A DNA stretch of 63,490 nucleotides, counting the filler, from Candidatus Huberarchaeum crystalense (lineage in GTDB: Archaea > Huberarchaeota > Huberarchaeia > Huberarchaeales > Huberarchaeaceae), in assembly GCA_002790315.1 (NCBI GenBank). It is 5 parts of 5 records of this genome, joined end to end, with 100 filler letters (N's around TTAATTAATTAA, not from the genome) between each part and the next. Parts side by side here need not be neighbours in the genome. Positions count along the whole stretch, not along the records: positions 19,739 to 24,361 come from PFUW01000033.1; positions 24,462 to 42,615 come from PFUW01000021.1; 3 more parts are not named here. One strand, 5' to 3'. Below the pieces are notes generated by a model that made no database searches, was not told the DNA's origin, and worked only from the letters and a program-made list of their open reading frames with translations. Within the stretch, counting starts at the first letter, position 1; the number at the start of each line of letters is the position of its first letter. This document shows, piece by piece, positions 20,071-29,132 of the stretch. The translations under genes were made by a program, and so were the position numbers.

Positions 20071-21419
20071 GGCTTTGCCTCCTTTTTTATCTCTTCCTCA
20101 AAAACCTTACAAAAATCTTCAAATTTGTCTTGCGCAATATACGCGCCGCCAGCTAAGTCATGCCCCCCTCCCGATCCTCCAACAAATTTTGCTGCTGTTT
20201 TGAGTGTGTTATTAATTTTTTGTTTTTTTGATCGACAACTTATTTTAAGTAATTCTAATTCTTCATCATATGCAGCACCAATAATTATTTCAGAATTCTT
20301 TAATTTAAAATAAATTGAAGAGACAACCCCAACAACATCTGGTTTTAAAACATTGTTTGGCTTTATTATTGTTAGCACCCCTTTATTTTCAATAAAAGCA
20401 TTGCTTTCTTTTGAGTCAAACCAATTAATTAGTTTTGCTAAATTTTGCTTATAAATTTTATAAATTGTTGAAACTTGATTATAGTATTTTTTAGGATTTT
20501 CAGCAAATAAAATTCCTATAGCGGTTTCTTTTTGCCGTCCGCATGAATTTAGTACTACTGCAAACTCGCGCAAACTTTTCATTTCACTGCCGTCAATTGC
20601 TTCATTGAAAAAATAAAAATCTGTTAAGAAATTATCAAAATTGTTTTTTCCGCAAGATAATTTATATTCAATAATTTTTGAAATCATCTTTTTATGAATC
20701 TCTATTGGGAGTTCTGCATATGTTTTATCTTTAACTTTGTCTATGTCTATTATGTCTTGAAAAATTTGTTGGACTTCCCATGTTGTTTTTGGAAGATCTA
20801 AATCAGAATAGCATAATGCCTGAAAAACAGGTTTTGTTTGGCGGCCAAAGAGATTCAGATCTTTATGAATAGTTATTATATTTTTTTTGATTGCAATATC
20901 AAGAACCTCTTTATTTAATCCAACCATTTCCTGTTGGTCCCCGAGCGCGCCAACCAATGCTTGAATTTCACCAAAATCAGAACCAGCGAATTTAGAAAAC
21001 AAATAGCAAAGTGTAGATGCAGAGGACTCTGTACTACCGTTAAACCCATAATTATCAATATTTATTTCAATTGTTTTTCCAGTTGCATTTCCTTCTGGAT
21101 GATGATGATCTAAGATAAGTATATCTTTTTCAATGTATTGCGATAATATTTCTTTTTGACCTGAACCCATATCAAGAAAAATAAACAAATCTGCATTAAT
21201 CTCAGAAATAGTTTTTATTATTTTTTTTTCTGCTTGTTTTATCAATCGCAATTGAAAATTTGCACCCAGACCTTTCAAAAGATTAAACATTATTGACGCA
21301 GAAGTTATTCCGTCAGCATCTAAGTGAGAAATAACTGCAATTCGCTTTTCATTTGAAATTGCGCGCTTCAAAAATTCTGCTGAATTTTTTAAATCAGTAT
21401 TTAAATTTGCTCTATTCAT
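20067..21419 (-). CDS. DHH-family RecJ-like/GAN exonuclease
   Basis: SHLDADGITS, FLDMGSG, LDHH, GALGD, LNSCGR, GGSGGGHDLAGGA (DHHA1). Confidence 0.93.
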   Translation of the reverse strand: MNRANLNTDLKNSAEFLKRAISNEKRIAVISHLDADGITSASIMFNLLKGLGANFQLRLIKQAEKKIIKTISEINADLFIFLDMGSGQKEILSQYIEKDILILDHHHPEGNATGKTIEINIDNYGFNGSTESSASTLCYLFSKFAGSDFGEIQALVGALGDQQEMVGLNKEVLDIAIKKNIITIHKDLNLFGRQTKPVFQALCYSDLDLPKTTWEVQQIFQDIIDIDKVKDKTYAELPIEIHKKMISKIIEYKLSCGKNNFDNFLTDFYFFNEAIDGSEMKSLREFAVVLNSCGRQKETAIGILFAENPKKYYNQVSTIYKIYKQNLAKLINWFDSKESNAFIENKGVLTIIKPNNVLKPDVVGVVSSIYFKLKNSEIIIGAAYDEELELLKISCRSKKQKINNTLKTAAKFVGGSGGGHDLAGGAYIAQDKFEDFCKVFEEEIKKEAKP

Positions 21420-21486
21420 ATGTTTTTTAAAAAAGACCGCCTTACAGCAACCCCTCTACACTTTGTGAGCAACCTTAAAAAAATTT

Positions 21487-22095
21487 ATGGAACTTTTTGA
21501 TAAGCAAAAACAAGCAAATCTTAAAAAATATAAGTTTGCAAAAGCGCGCGCCCAAGTAGATAAAGATATAATTCCTTTTTGCGATTTTATAAACTCGCTT
21601 GAGAATTTTTATACAACATCAAGCTGTGCAGGACGCATAGTTATTCTAAAAAGCACAGGTAAAAAAAAGCCGCAAAGTTTCATAAAAAAATGGCATCATG
21701 AAGTTTCTTTTGAAGAAGCAAAGGATGTGTTTGAGAAATATTTGTTATTAGAAAATATAAATAAACATCAAGATCATATATGGTTAAAGCAAGAAGGAGC
21801 AATTTTTCATATTGTATCACGCTCTCTTAAAGATGCAGAAAAAATTGTTGTGCTTGCGCGCAATCTTGGATGGAAACGAACAGGTATTCAAGTTATCAAA
21901 AAAAATCGTATTATCTTGGAAATAATTAGTACAGAACGAATGGATGTGCCGCTTATTAACAAAGGAAAAAAATTAGTTAAAAATTGGGAAGAATATTTGA
22001 TTTATTTAGTGGATTTGGCAAATAAAAAACATATAAAAGCGCGCAAACAGATGACACAACTTGAAAAAAAAATAAGAAATAATTTGAAAAATTAA
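21487..22095 (+). CDS. taw3: tRNA wyosine-derivative methyltransferase Taw3 (TYW3 family)
   Basis: VDKDII...IN....YTTSSCAGRI, KWH, IFHI, G.K.TG. Confidence 0.93.
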   Translation: MELFDKQKQANLKKYKFAKARAQVDKDIIPFCDFINSLENFYTTSSCAGRIVILKSTGKKKPQSFIKKWHHEVSFEEAKDVFEKYLLLENINKHQDHIWLKQEGAIFHIVSRSLKDAEKIVVLARNLGWKRTGIQVIKKNRIILEIISTERMDVPLINKGKKLVKNWEEYLIYLVDLANKKHIKARKQMTQLEKKIRNNLKN

Positions 22096-22098
22096 AAA

Positions 22099-23487
22099 CT
22101 ATGCATCTTGAATATATTTAGTATTATTTTTTAATGCAACTTCAGCTTTGTGTAATTCGCGGCTGAGATATGCAGCATGACTTAATTTTGATATTATATT
22201 TGTAGCAATAATGTGTTTTATCATTTCTTCTGCATTATCACCAACAAAAAAATATTGTGTTTTTTGATCTTTTGTTGTATAGTGTTGTATTTCTATTTTA
22301 TCTTTAACATTTATTATAAAATATCCTAAAGGATCAATTGTAAAAGGTATGGTTTTTTTGTGATAAGCCCTGAGAATTTTTTCAGATTCCCCCCATTTAT
22401 TTTCATAAATATGTGCAGAAATTGAAATAATAGTGAGATGGCCTATTTTATAACCTGTTTCAATAGCGATTTTTTGTTGGAGTGCGAGCAAACCAAAAGC
22501 ATTCAGCGGCCAAGCACCAAACATATCATTTGAACGTATAATTGCAGTTAAATATATTTTTCCATATTTTACTAAAACAGATATTTGAGTCAAACAAGGG
22601 GGATGATCTGATTTTGAATCTATTTCAACACTCCATGTTGATGCAGTAGCGCGCCGAGTATGTGGTGTTATTTTAATGTATTCAATAATTTTGTCTATTT
22701 GATTTACTGCTTCTCTTTTTCCATTACTGTTTGTAAAAGAATAGGCAAACAACCTTTCACCATAAGTATATGCTACCCCTTCTGGCTTTTCTTTGCTAAG
22801 AAGCGACTGACAATATTTTTCTACATCTTCTTTTGAAAAACCGAGCCATGACTCTATTGGTTGGTTATCTCCTTCAATAACAGAAACCAAATTAGCTATT
22901 TCTTTTTGTTTACCAGGATATTCACATTGTTTTTCCTCACCAACTTTTAAAATTAAATCTAATATGTTTAACCATGCTTCAGAAATCGTGGGTGCGCGAA
23001 CAATAAATCCAGATGATTCAACACCCCAATCTAAAAATTTAGGCCTTTTTTCTTCAATAATAATTGGATCTCTGTTTGGGGGCAAGTATGCTAATTTTTT
23101 AATTTCATTTAAAATTTTTATTGAATTATTCTCGCCACCCAAATCAATAAGAATAATATTATTACAAAAAATTTTAATAAATCTCTCTTCAATTTCATGC
23201 ACAAATCCATCTGCTTTTCCTGTTTTAATTATATTTAACAACGCCTTTCCACTACCAGACAAATCATTCCCGCAAACAACCAAATATCTGATTTTGGGAT
23301 TTGCAAGAGTGTTGCGGATTAAATGATTAATTCCCTGAATTGAATATAATTGTCCTGCTACTATGAAGTTGTCTTTGGGAATGTCTTTTAATATTTCCTC
23401 TTTTTGGGTCCAAAGTGTGCAAATTGCAACACAAGAATCAAGATTTCCTAAATCCAAAGCAGAATTAAAACAAATTGGCCAAACCAT
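22099..23487 (-). CDS. thyA: Thymidylate synthase ThyA with N-terminal MtrA-like and C-terminal DUF4346-like domains
   Basis: YTYGERL, TRRA, HPPCL, RSNDM..AWPLN, SAHIYE; N-term VAICTLWT...ANPKIRYLVVCG; C-term DPLGYF..HAAYLSREL.KAE..Y.QD. Confidence 0.88.
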   Translation of the reverse strand: MVWPICFNSALDLGNLDSCVAICTLWTQKEEILKDIPKDNFIVAGQLYSIQGINHLIRNTLANPKIRYLVVCGNDLSGSGKALLNIIKTGKADGFVHEIEERFIKIFCNNIILIDLGGENNSIKILNEIKKLAYLPPNRDPIIIEEKRPKFLDWGVESSGFIVRAPTISEAWLNILDLILKVGEEKQCEYPGKQKEIANLVSVIEGDNQPIESWLGFSKEDVEKYCQSLLSKEKPEGVAYTYGERLFAYSFTNSNGKREAVNQIDKIIEYIKITPHTRRATASTWSVEIDSKSDHPPCLTQISVLVKYGKIYLTAIIRSNDMFGAWPLNAFGLLALQQKIAIETGYKIGHLTIISISAHIYENKWGESEKILRAYHKKTIPFTIDPLGYFIINVKDKIEIQHYTTKDQKTQYFFVGDNAEEMIKHIIATNIISKLSHAAYLSRELHKAEVALKNNTKYIQDA

Positions 23488-23505
23488 ATTCTTTTTAAAA
23501 ATAAT

Positions 23506-23658
23506 ATGTCATTATTTGCAGTTTTAGGTATTATAGATCTTATTGGTGCACTGCTTTTATATTTTGCTTACAGCAACAACTTGTTTGTATATATTATTAT
23601 AATCGCGCTCATTGGAAAAGGGCTATTTTCCTTAATTACAGTATCATCAAACACCTAA
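23506..23658 (+). CDS. 50-aa two-helix membrane microprotein (below ORF-track cutoff)
   Basis: MSLFAVLGIIDLIGALLLYFAYSNNLFVYIIIIALIGKGLFSLITVSSNT fills the thyA-tmk gap exactly. Confidence 0.65.
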   Translation: MSLFAVLGIIDLIGALLLYFAYSNNLFVYIIIIALIGKGLFSLITVSSNT

Positions 23659-24257
23659 GATTTTAATATTTCATCTTCTAAAACTCTCACAATACGCGCG
23701 CGAACTTCTTCAATTGCACCTTTTCCATCAACAACAATTATTTTTTGGTTTTTTAATATTTTTGGTAAGTTTAGAAAGTTCTCTCTAACTTTTTTTAAAA
23801 ATTCTTCTTTTTCAAATTTTATTGTAGCAGAATCAGATGTTCGTTTTATAGATTCTTCAGCAGAAAGATCAATAAATATAACTAAATCAGGCACAAGTAC
23901 ATTTTTTTGGAGTTCTAATAACCAACTTAAAGAAATACCTTGGGCTTGCTGATAAGCAAAAGTTGATAGATTATATCTATCTGAAACTACAAGTTTACCT
24001 AAATTTAAGTTGGGTTTTATAAACATTTCTATGTGTTCTATTCTATCAGCACAAAAAAGAAAGGCATCAATTTCTGGAAAATTAACACTTATTTTTAAAT
24101 ATTCTTTTTTTAGCAATTTTCCTATTTTTCCATTGGTTGGTTCTTTTGTCCAAATAGCATCATACCCCTTTTGATTTAGATACTCAACAGCCAATTTGCT
24201 CTGGGTTGTTTTTCCACTACCGTCAATTCCTTCAAAAACAATAAATTTTCCAACCAT
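23655..24257 (-). CDS. tmk: Thymidylate kinase
   Basis: FIVFEGIDGSGKTT, TKEP, ADR.EH, VSDRY..ST.AYQ, PDLVIF. Confidence 0.97.
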   Translation of the reverse strand: MVGKFIVFEGIDGSGKTTQSKLAVEYLNQKGYDAIWTKEPTNGKIGKLLKKEYLKISVNFPEIDAFLFCADRIEHIEMFIKPNLNLGKLVVSDRYNLSTFAYQQAQGISLSWLLELQKNVLVPDLVIFIDLSAEESIKRTSDSATIKFEKEEFLKKVRENFLNLPKILKNQKIIVVDGKGAIEEVRARIVRVLEDEILKS

Positions 24258-24461
24258 AATCTTTTATATTAAATTTTCCTGAAATTTATCATTGGCTATT
24301 GTGAAATCCTTTGTGTTAATTCCTTAAATTTTCCTGAAAGTTATCATATTCTTCATAGCTTNNNNNNNNNNNNNNNNNNNNNNNNNNNNNNNNNNNNNNN
24401 NNNNNTTAATTAATTAANNNNNNNNNNNNNNNNNNNNNNNNNNNNNNNNNNNNNNNNNNNN

Positions 24462-24536
24462 TTAAGAAAAATTAACAAACAGGGAATTGAAGAATTTCTT
24501 AAAGGAAGAAAATACTGGTATGCAAAGCCAAAATGA
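24462..24536 (+). CDS. 3' end of an unidentified CDS immediately upstream of the attC-like site
   Basis: LRKINKQGIEEFLKGRKYWYAKPK-stop open from the scaffold edge. Confidence 0.4.
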   Translation, partial: LRKINKQGIEEFLKGRKYWYAKPK

Positions 24537-24592
24537 AAATTTGGGCAGGGTTCGGAACTCTGCGGTTGCTTCGCAACCTTGCCCTTCGTGTC

Positions 24593-24672
24593 ATACAACA
24601 GCAGATAAAGAGCTTTGCTACGCTTCGCCCAAATTGCCTTCACCAACTTCTTTTATCCGCAGAACGTTAAGT
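24593..24672 (+). mobile_element. attC-like integron cassette recombination site
   Basis: R''-like ATACAAC (24593-24599), R' GTTAAGT (24666-24672, fits GTTRRRY), inner imperfect inverted repeat GCAGATAAAGAG / CTTCTTTTATCCGC, 80 bp, GC-richer than flanks. Confidence 0.6.
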
Positions 24673-24725
24673 GAAATTGCCCTACGTTATCTATTTAGGT
24701 AAACAAAGAGATAAAAACAAAAGAT

Positions 24726-25163
24726 ATGAATAAATATAATGAGTTAAAGGCAAATATTCTCAGTATAGATAAAGAAAAAGGAAGCATAGAACTTATAAAT
24801 ATTCTGCGTAAAAAGATTAATCCATGCTTATGGGATATATTATACAACAAAATTGTTTATAATATAGATATAAACAAAGCAACTTATATTGAAAAAATAA
24901 GGGATGAAATATATAGCATCATAGACACACAACCAAGACTAAAGAAAAATAAAAATGTTAAAAAAGCACTTTATACACTTTATAAAAAATATTCAAGTAT
25001 GAGAAAGTATGAACTTGCTAAAAACACATTGTATAAAATATACAATGTAACCTCAAACACTGACCTTGTTGAAAAACTCAAAAACGAACAGAATGCACTT
25101 TATATACAAAAAGCTTTTGGGAATGGTTACACAACTGTGTTAGCACAATTAAATATTATTTAA
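24726..25163 (+). CDS. Hypothetical protein (Lys/Ile/Tyr-rich); may continue by frameshift to 25309
   Basis: 145 codons; no family recognised. Confidence 0.55.
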   Translation: MNKYNELKANILSIDKEKGSIELINILRKKINPCLWDILYNKIVYNIDINKATYIEKIRDEIYSIIDTQPRLKKNKNVKKALYTLYKKYSSMRKYELAKNTLYKIYNVTSNTDLVEKLKNEQNALYIQKAFGNGYTTVLAQLNII

Positions 25164-25414
25164 GATTAAAAGATGTACCTTTTTCTAATAATGAATATAC
25201 TAAAATAATAAAACAATATTCACAACCAACTTCATCCCGAGCTGGAAACACAGCATCTGAACAAACACAAAAAATAAACACGCCCACCAATCAAAGCCCA
25301 ACTATCTAAATTATAAATCAAAAAAGTGTTTTGTATCAACAAATTTAGACCCAAAATCAGCGGGTTTTTTGTTTTCACACATAGCTCCTTTTAAATACCT
25401 TGTTAAATAATATT

Positions 25415-26147
25415 ATGGCGACAGATAAAATTAGTGGAGTAGGAGTTGCATTAGATCACGCAAACGAACTCTTGAGACAAATACTTAGTAATAACTTTTT
25501 TATACAAACTATTTTACCGTTTTTGCTTATATTTTCAATTGTGTGGGCCATTCTTTCAACAACTGGTCCTTTTAAGGACTGAAATGGCACCAAACACTGA
25601 ATCATCTCCTTCCTCTGAACCTCCAAAAGAAAAAGGTAAAAGATTTGCGCGCTTTATAATTTCATTTGTAATTGCCTTTATGGCAGCAGTTTATATGCAA
25701 ATAGGCACGTGGATGGCTGATTTTTTTGCTCACGGTACTATAATTATTATAATATTTATACTTATTATAATTATACTTGGTTTGTTTGGACTAAATCCTA
25801 CGGATTTACTTAGGAGTTTAGTTATAGATAGTGGGGGGAAGATACCAATGTGGTCAAAAGGAGTAGCATTTATTGCTGTTATATTTTTTGTTTGGTGGAT
25901 AGCAGGAATGATTTGTATAAGTCCATATAATAATATAAGCTTTTGCCAAAACCAAAGTGATCAGATACAGATACCTTTTATACAATCAGCAGGATTTCCT
26001 ACACTTCAAGGAGTAATTAGTGGTGTGTTTGGAGTAAGTGGTGGGGGCAATATTAATCTTTGGGGCAATGATTTGTTTATTGCATTTTTTGTTATTCTTA
26101 TATTTGCAGCACTACTTTGGGTGGTATATAAATATATTTTAAAATAA
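25415..26147 (+). pseudogene. Multi-TM membrane protein (LPFLLIF..V.AIL family) split by a +1 frameshift near 25575
   Basis: ORF1 25415-25582 (ILPFLLIFSIVWAIL) and ORF2 to 26147 (FIISFVIAF...) join as ...GPFK/TEMAP if one G of AAGGAC is removed. Confidence 0.6.
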
Positions 26148-26500
26148 GAGTAGTTTCTAAACTATAAAAACAATATGTTTATTTGAAAAAGAAAAAAATT
26201 TGAAATAAAATTTCATTCTAAGATAATGTGTTTAGATTAAATTCTCTAAAAATCTTTACTTATTTTACAAACAAATCAACCAAAAAGCATTCTGCTGATT
26301 TAACATCTTACTTGTATCAAGTAAAAGATTTTCTAAATAAAAGCAAGAGAATTATTATTAAACATATAACAACATATATTAAAAAAGCAAGTTGATGATG
26401 ACAACACCAAACAAGGTTTTTATATTTTTTACTCAATAAATACAATAACCTACCATATCTAACAAACACTATATTTTTTGCTTTTATAATAGAGTTTTGC

Positions 26501-27391
26501 TTAGTATCTGCGATATTTTCTATTAATTTCTTGGAAATATTCAGCCAAATATACTATTGTAAATATAATTGCTGCTGTTAATCCAAGCACAAACAATAAT
26601 TCAACCCAAAGATGTGAACGAAGTAATAAAAGGCAAGATAATAGAACCAAAACAGTAAAAAAATAAAGTAATATATATTTCTTATTTTCAATTGCTCCGC
26701 GCACAAGTAGCATTTCCCAGTTTTTAAACAAAATTATAAAAAATATAAAAAGAAAAAACCAGGCTAAAATAAGAAAGAAATATAAAAAAAATGAGTGAAA
26801 AACAACCAAACAAAGAAAAAATATGCTGCCTATTAACACTCCATCTCTTGCCTGTAAGTTTAGTTCTTTTTTTGCTGCTACATAATTATATTCTTTTTGC
26901 TTGCTTTTTGAATTAGCTAATCCTATTGAAAAGATTGTAAATAAAAGAATAGCTATAAATAAAATACTATTAATAAACACATAATCTACTATATAAGAAT
27001 TAACAATTAGCAAAAACAATAGATAAGCTGCAAAGAGCGCGCTACCTGCAAGCAAGAAATATTTAAATATTTTTCCTAAAATTGGATGTGTAAGCGATCC
27101 TATATAATCATCCCAAGAAACACTTTCTTGAACTTTGCATGAAATTTTTAAAAAAACACGTTGGCATATATAAACAAACAACAAACCAGCAGCCACAAAT
27201 AAAACAAAAAGCGCGATGCCTATAATCAGTTTAAAGTCAGTAATTTCATTTATAAAATACCAATATATAAAATTAGCAAAATGCATAGAACATATTATAA
27301 AATATATAGAACATATCATAAAAAATAACAAATATTCAAATCCAAACAAAGATATATTTTTGCTTTTTTCCTTTAAAAAATTAAACCCCAT
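26501..27391 (-). CDS. Polytopic membrane protein, unknown function
   Basis: About 8 hydrophobic segments. Confidence 0.7.
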   Translation of the reverse strand: MGFNFLKEKSKNISLFGFEYLLFFMICSIYFIICSMHFANFIYWYFINEITDFKLIIGIALFVLFVAAGLLFVYICQRVFLKISCKVQESVSWDDYIGSLTHPILGKIFKYFLLAGSALFAAYLLFLLIVNSYIVDYVFINSILFIAILLFTIFSIGLANSKSKQKEYNYVAAKKELNLQARDGVLIGSIFFLCLVVFHSFFLYFFLILAWFFLFIFFIILFKNWEMLLVRGAIENKKYILLYFFTVLVLLSCLLLLRSHLWVELLFVLGLTAAIIFTIVYLAEYFQEINRKYRRY

Positions 27392-27406
27392 ATATTATTT
27401 AATATA

Positions 27407-27628
27407 TCATTGCGTAGTATATGCCTTGCCTGCAAATTTAGCGCCGCATTTTTTACACAACCAAATACCTAAAGATACTCTTTTTACTTTATTATGCCCG
27501 CACACAATACATACGTTGCTTTTTGTTTTCTCTTTTACAGCAGCGTATTTTTTCCTTAACCTAAATCCGTATCGTACACCAAAAGATGTTCTAGTTTTTT
27601 TAGATGTTCTAGTTTTTTTTATTACCAT
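27407..27628 (-). CDS. rpl37ae: 50S ribosomal protein eL43 (L37ae)
   Basis: FGVRYG..LRK, CIVC, KR.S.GIW.CKKC...FAG.AY. Confidence 0.96.
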   Translation of the reverse strand: MVIKKTRTSKKTRTSFGVRYGFRLRKKYAAVKEKTKSNVCIVCGHNKVKRVSLGIWLCKKCGAKFAGKAYTTQ

Positions 27629-27641
27629 AATATTTTTATAA

Positions 27642-27714
27642 TGCTCCTGACGGGCTTTGAACCCGTGTCTTCGGCTTGAAAGGCCGAAATGCTAGACCCC
27701 TACACCACAGGAGC
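27642..27714 (-). tRNA. tRNA-Glu(TTC)
   Basis: Reverse strand GCTCCTG/CAGGAGC, anticodon arm TCGGC-CT TTC AA-GCCGA. Confidence 0.95.
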
Positions 27715-27849
27715 AATAATATTTGCGCGCTTTGTAGTTTATTTATAAGTTGCGCAAAAGTGTTTGTTTGCAAATGCTTCGCACTTTTGTGGCTTGCTAA
27801 TAAATCGCGCACAAACTTAATATTTTTTATATTTTTATTGTTTTCTATA

Positions 27850-27919
27850 TTTTGGTTGCTATGTTATTACTTTCCTGGGTTTTGGTTGCTATGTTTTATC
27901 TCTTGGGTTTTGGTTGCTA
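27850..27919. repeat. Imperfect tandem repeat (about 29 bp, core TTTTGGTTGCTA) ending at an N-gap
   Basis: Three cores visible. Confidence 0.8.
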
Positions 27920-27948
27920 NNNNNNNNNNNNNNTCTATAAATCCAAAA

Positions 27949-28221
27949 TTACTTAATTCTTGGACCAACAAAAAAACCATCTTCAAGGTCTTTACTTAAA
28001 ATAATTTGCTTGTGATTTTTATTGCAAACAATGTCTTCCCTTGTAATGTTTTTTACTTCAATTGGTTGAAATGATGGCGCAACATTTTCAACATCTATTT
28101 CTTCAATTTGTTCAAACATTTTCAATATTTCATTGCATTGTTTCTCAAATTTAGCTTTTTCAGCAAGAGAAAGGTCTATGTGTGCTGTTTTGGCAATGCT
28201 ATCTAAATTTATATTAACCAT
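27949..28221 (-). CDS. gatC: Asp/Glu-tRNA amidotransferase subunit C
   Basis: IAKTAHIDL...IL.MFEQIEEIDVENV.P...TREDI...DGFFVGPRI. Confidence 0.9.
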   Translation of the reverse strand: MVNINLDSIAKTAHIDLSLAEKAKFEKQCNEILKMFEQIEEIDVENVAPSFQPIEVKNITREDIVCNKNHKQIILSKDLEDGFFVGPRIK

Positions 28222-28222
28222 T

Positions 28223-28621
28223 TTATTGTTTTTGTGTGTTTTTTGATTTTTGTTTTTTATGCGTAGGTGTTGTTTTTTCATCAATTTGCACTTTTTTAGT
28301 AAGCGGGTTTATTTTAGATTTTTTGGAAAAACTATGTATGCTCCTATTTGAAGCATTAGAATTTGTTATTGCAGGGGTTGATTCTAAATTTTGCGCAGAA
28401 GATAAGAGATGCAAATCATTGTTCTCATCTCCAACTCTAATTATTTTTGTTAATATTTCAGATTTACCGCCTGTTGGTCTAGCTAAGACCTTCCCACAAT
28501 TATTGCATTTTATAACAGCTGTTGCTTTGTTGAAGATTATTTGCTTGTTATGACAATTCTTACACTCAACTTCTAAAAAGCGTGAGTTAGGATTTTTAAA
28601 AAGTTTTTCAACAGTTGTCAT
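28223..28621 (-). CDS. rps27e: 30S ribosomal protein eS27 with about 65-aa C-terminal extension
   Basis: PNSRFLEVEC..C...Q.IF......C..CG..LARPTGGK. Confidence 0.95.
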   Translation of the reverse strand: MTTVEKLFKNPNSRFLEVECKNCHNKQIIFNKATAVIKCNNCGKVLARPTGGKSEILTKIIRVGDENNDLHLLSSAQNLESTPAITNSNASNRSIHSFSKKSKINPLTKKVQIDEKTTPTHKKQKSKNTQKQ

Positions 28622-28902
28622 TCTTTTGAAATCTCCAATATTTTTAGGCGAGGATAATTTTTAAGTGTGGATTTTTTGCATTCTGCACATGTCAGCAAAA
28701 GAGTATGTTGTATATTTACTTTATACTTACCCCCCCCAACTTTTACAGGAAATCCATGATAGCCTTTCAGGCGATCTTGGTGCAATCGTTCTGCATGTCC
28801 TAATTTTGATCTCTTTTTGCTTGTTTTTTGTGTTTTAACAGCGTGCACAGTGTATTTTTTGCAATGAGGGCAATATACCTCCATCTCTTTTGGAACCTTC
28901 AT
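28618..28902 (-). CDS. rpl44e: 50S ribosomal protein eL42 (L44e)
   Basis: MKVPK....YCPHCKKYT.H, GY.G, L.C.EC.K. Confidence 0.95.
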   Translation of the reverse strand: MKVPKEMEVYCPHCKKYTVHAVKTQKTSKKRSKLGHAERLHQDRLKGYHGFPVKVGGGKYKVNIQHTLLLTCAECKKSTLKNYPRLKILEISKE

Positions 28903-29030
28903 ATTCTTTTTATATAAAAAAGAGTGTTGTGTTTTCTCAAAGAAAATATAATATGTTTTGGTTGATAATAATACAAAAAAAATTATGTTTCTCAAAAAGA
29001 TCTAACTTACACACTATGTAAGATTAATAT

Positions 29031-29102
29031 GCCTCTGTAGTCTAACGGTTAGGACATTACCCTGTCACGGTAATAATCCGGGTTCAAATCCCGGCAGAGG
29101 CG
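29031..29102 (+). tRNA. tRNA-Asp(GTC)
   Basis: GCCTCTG/CAGAGGC, anticodon arm TTACC-CT GTC AC-GGTAA, discriminator G. Confidence 0.96.
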
Positions 29103-29132
29103 CTTTTTTGTGCTTGATTTTAGCTAAATAAA

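Noticed and set aside
24410-24702. ORFs 24487-24702 and 24410-24646
   Set aside because: They run through the structured attC-like element or the linker.
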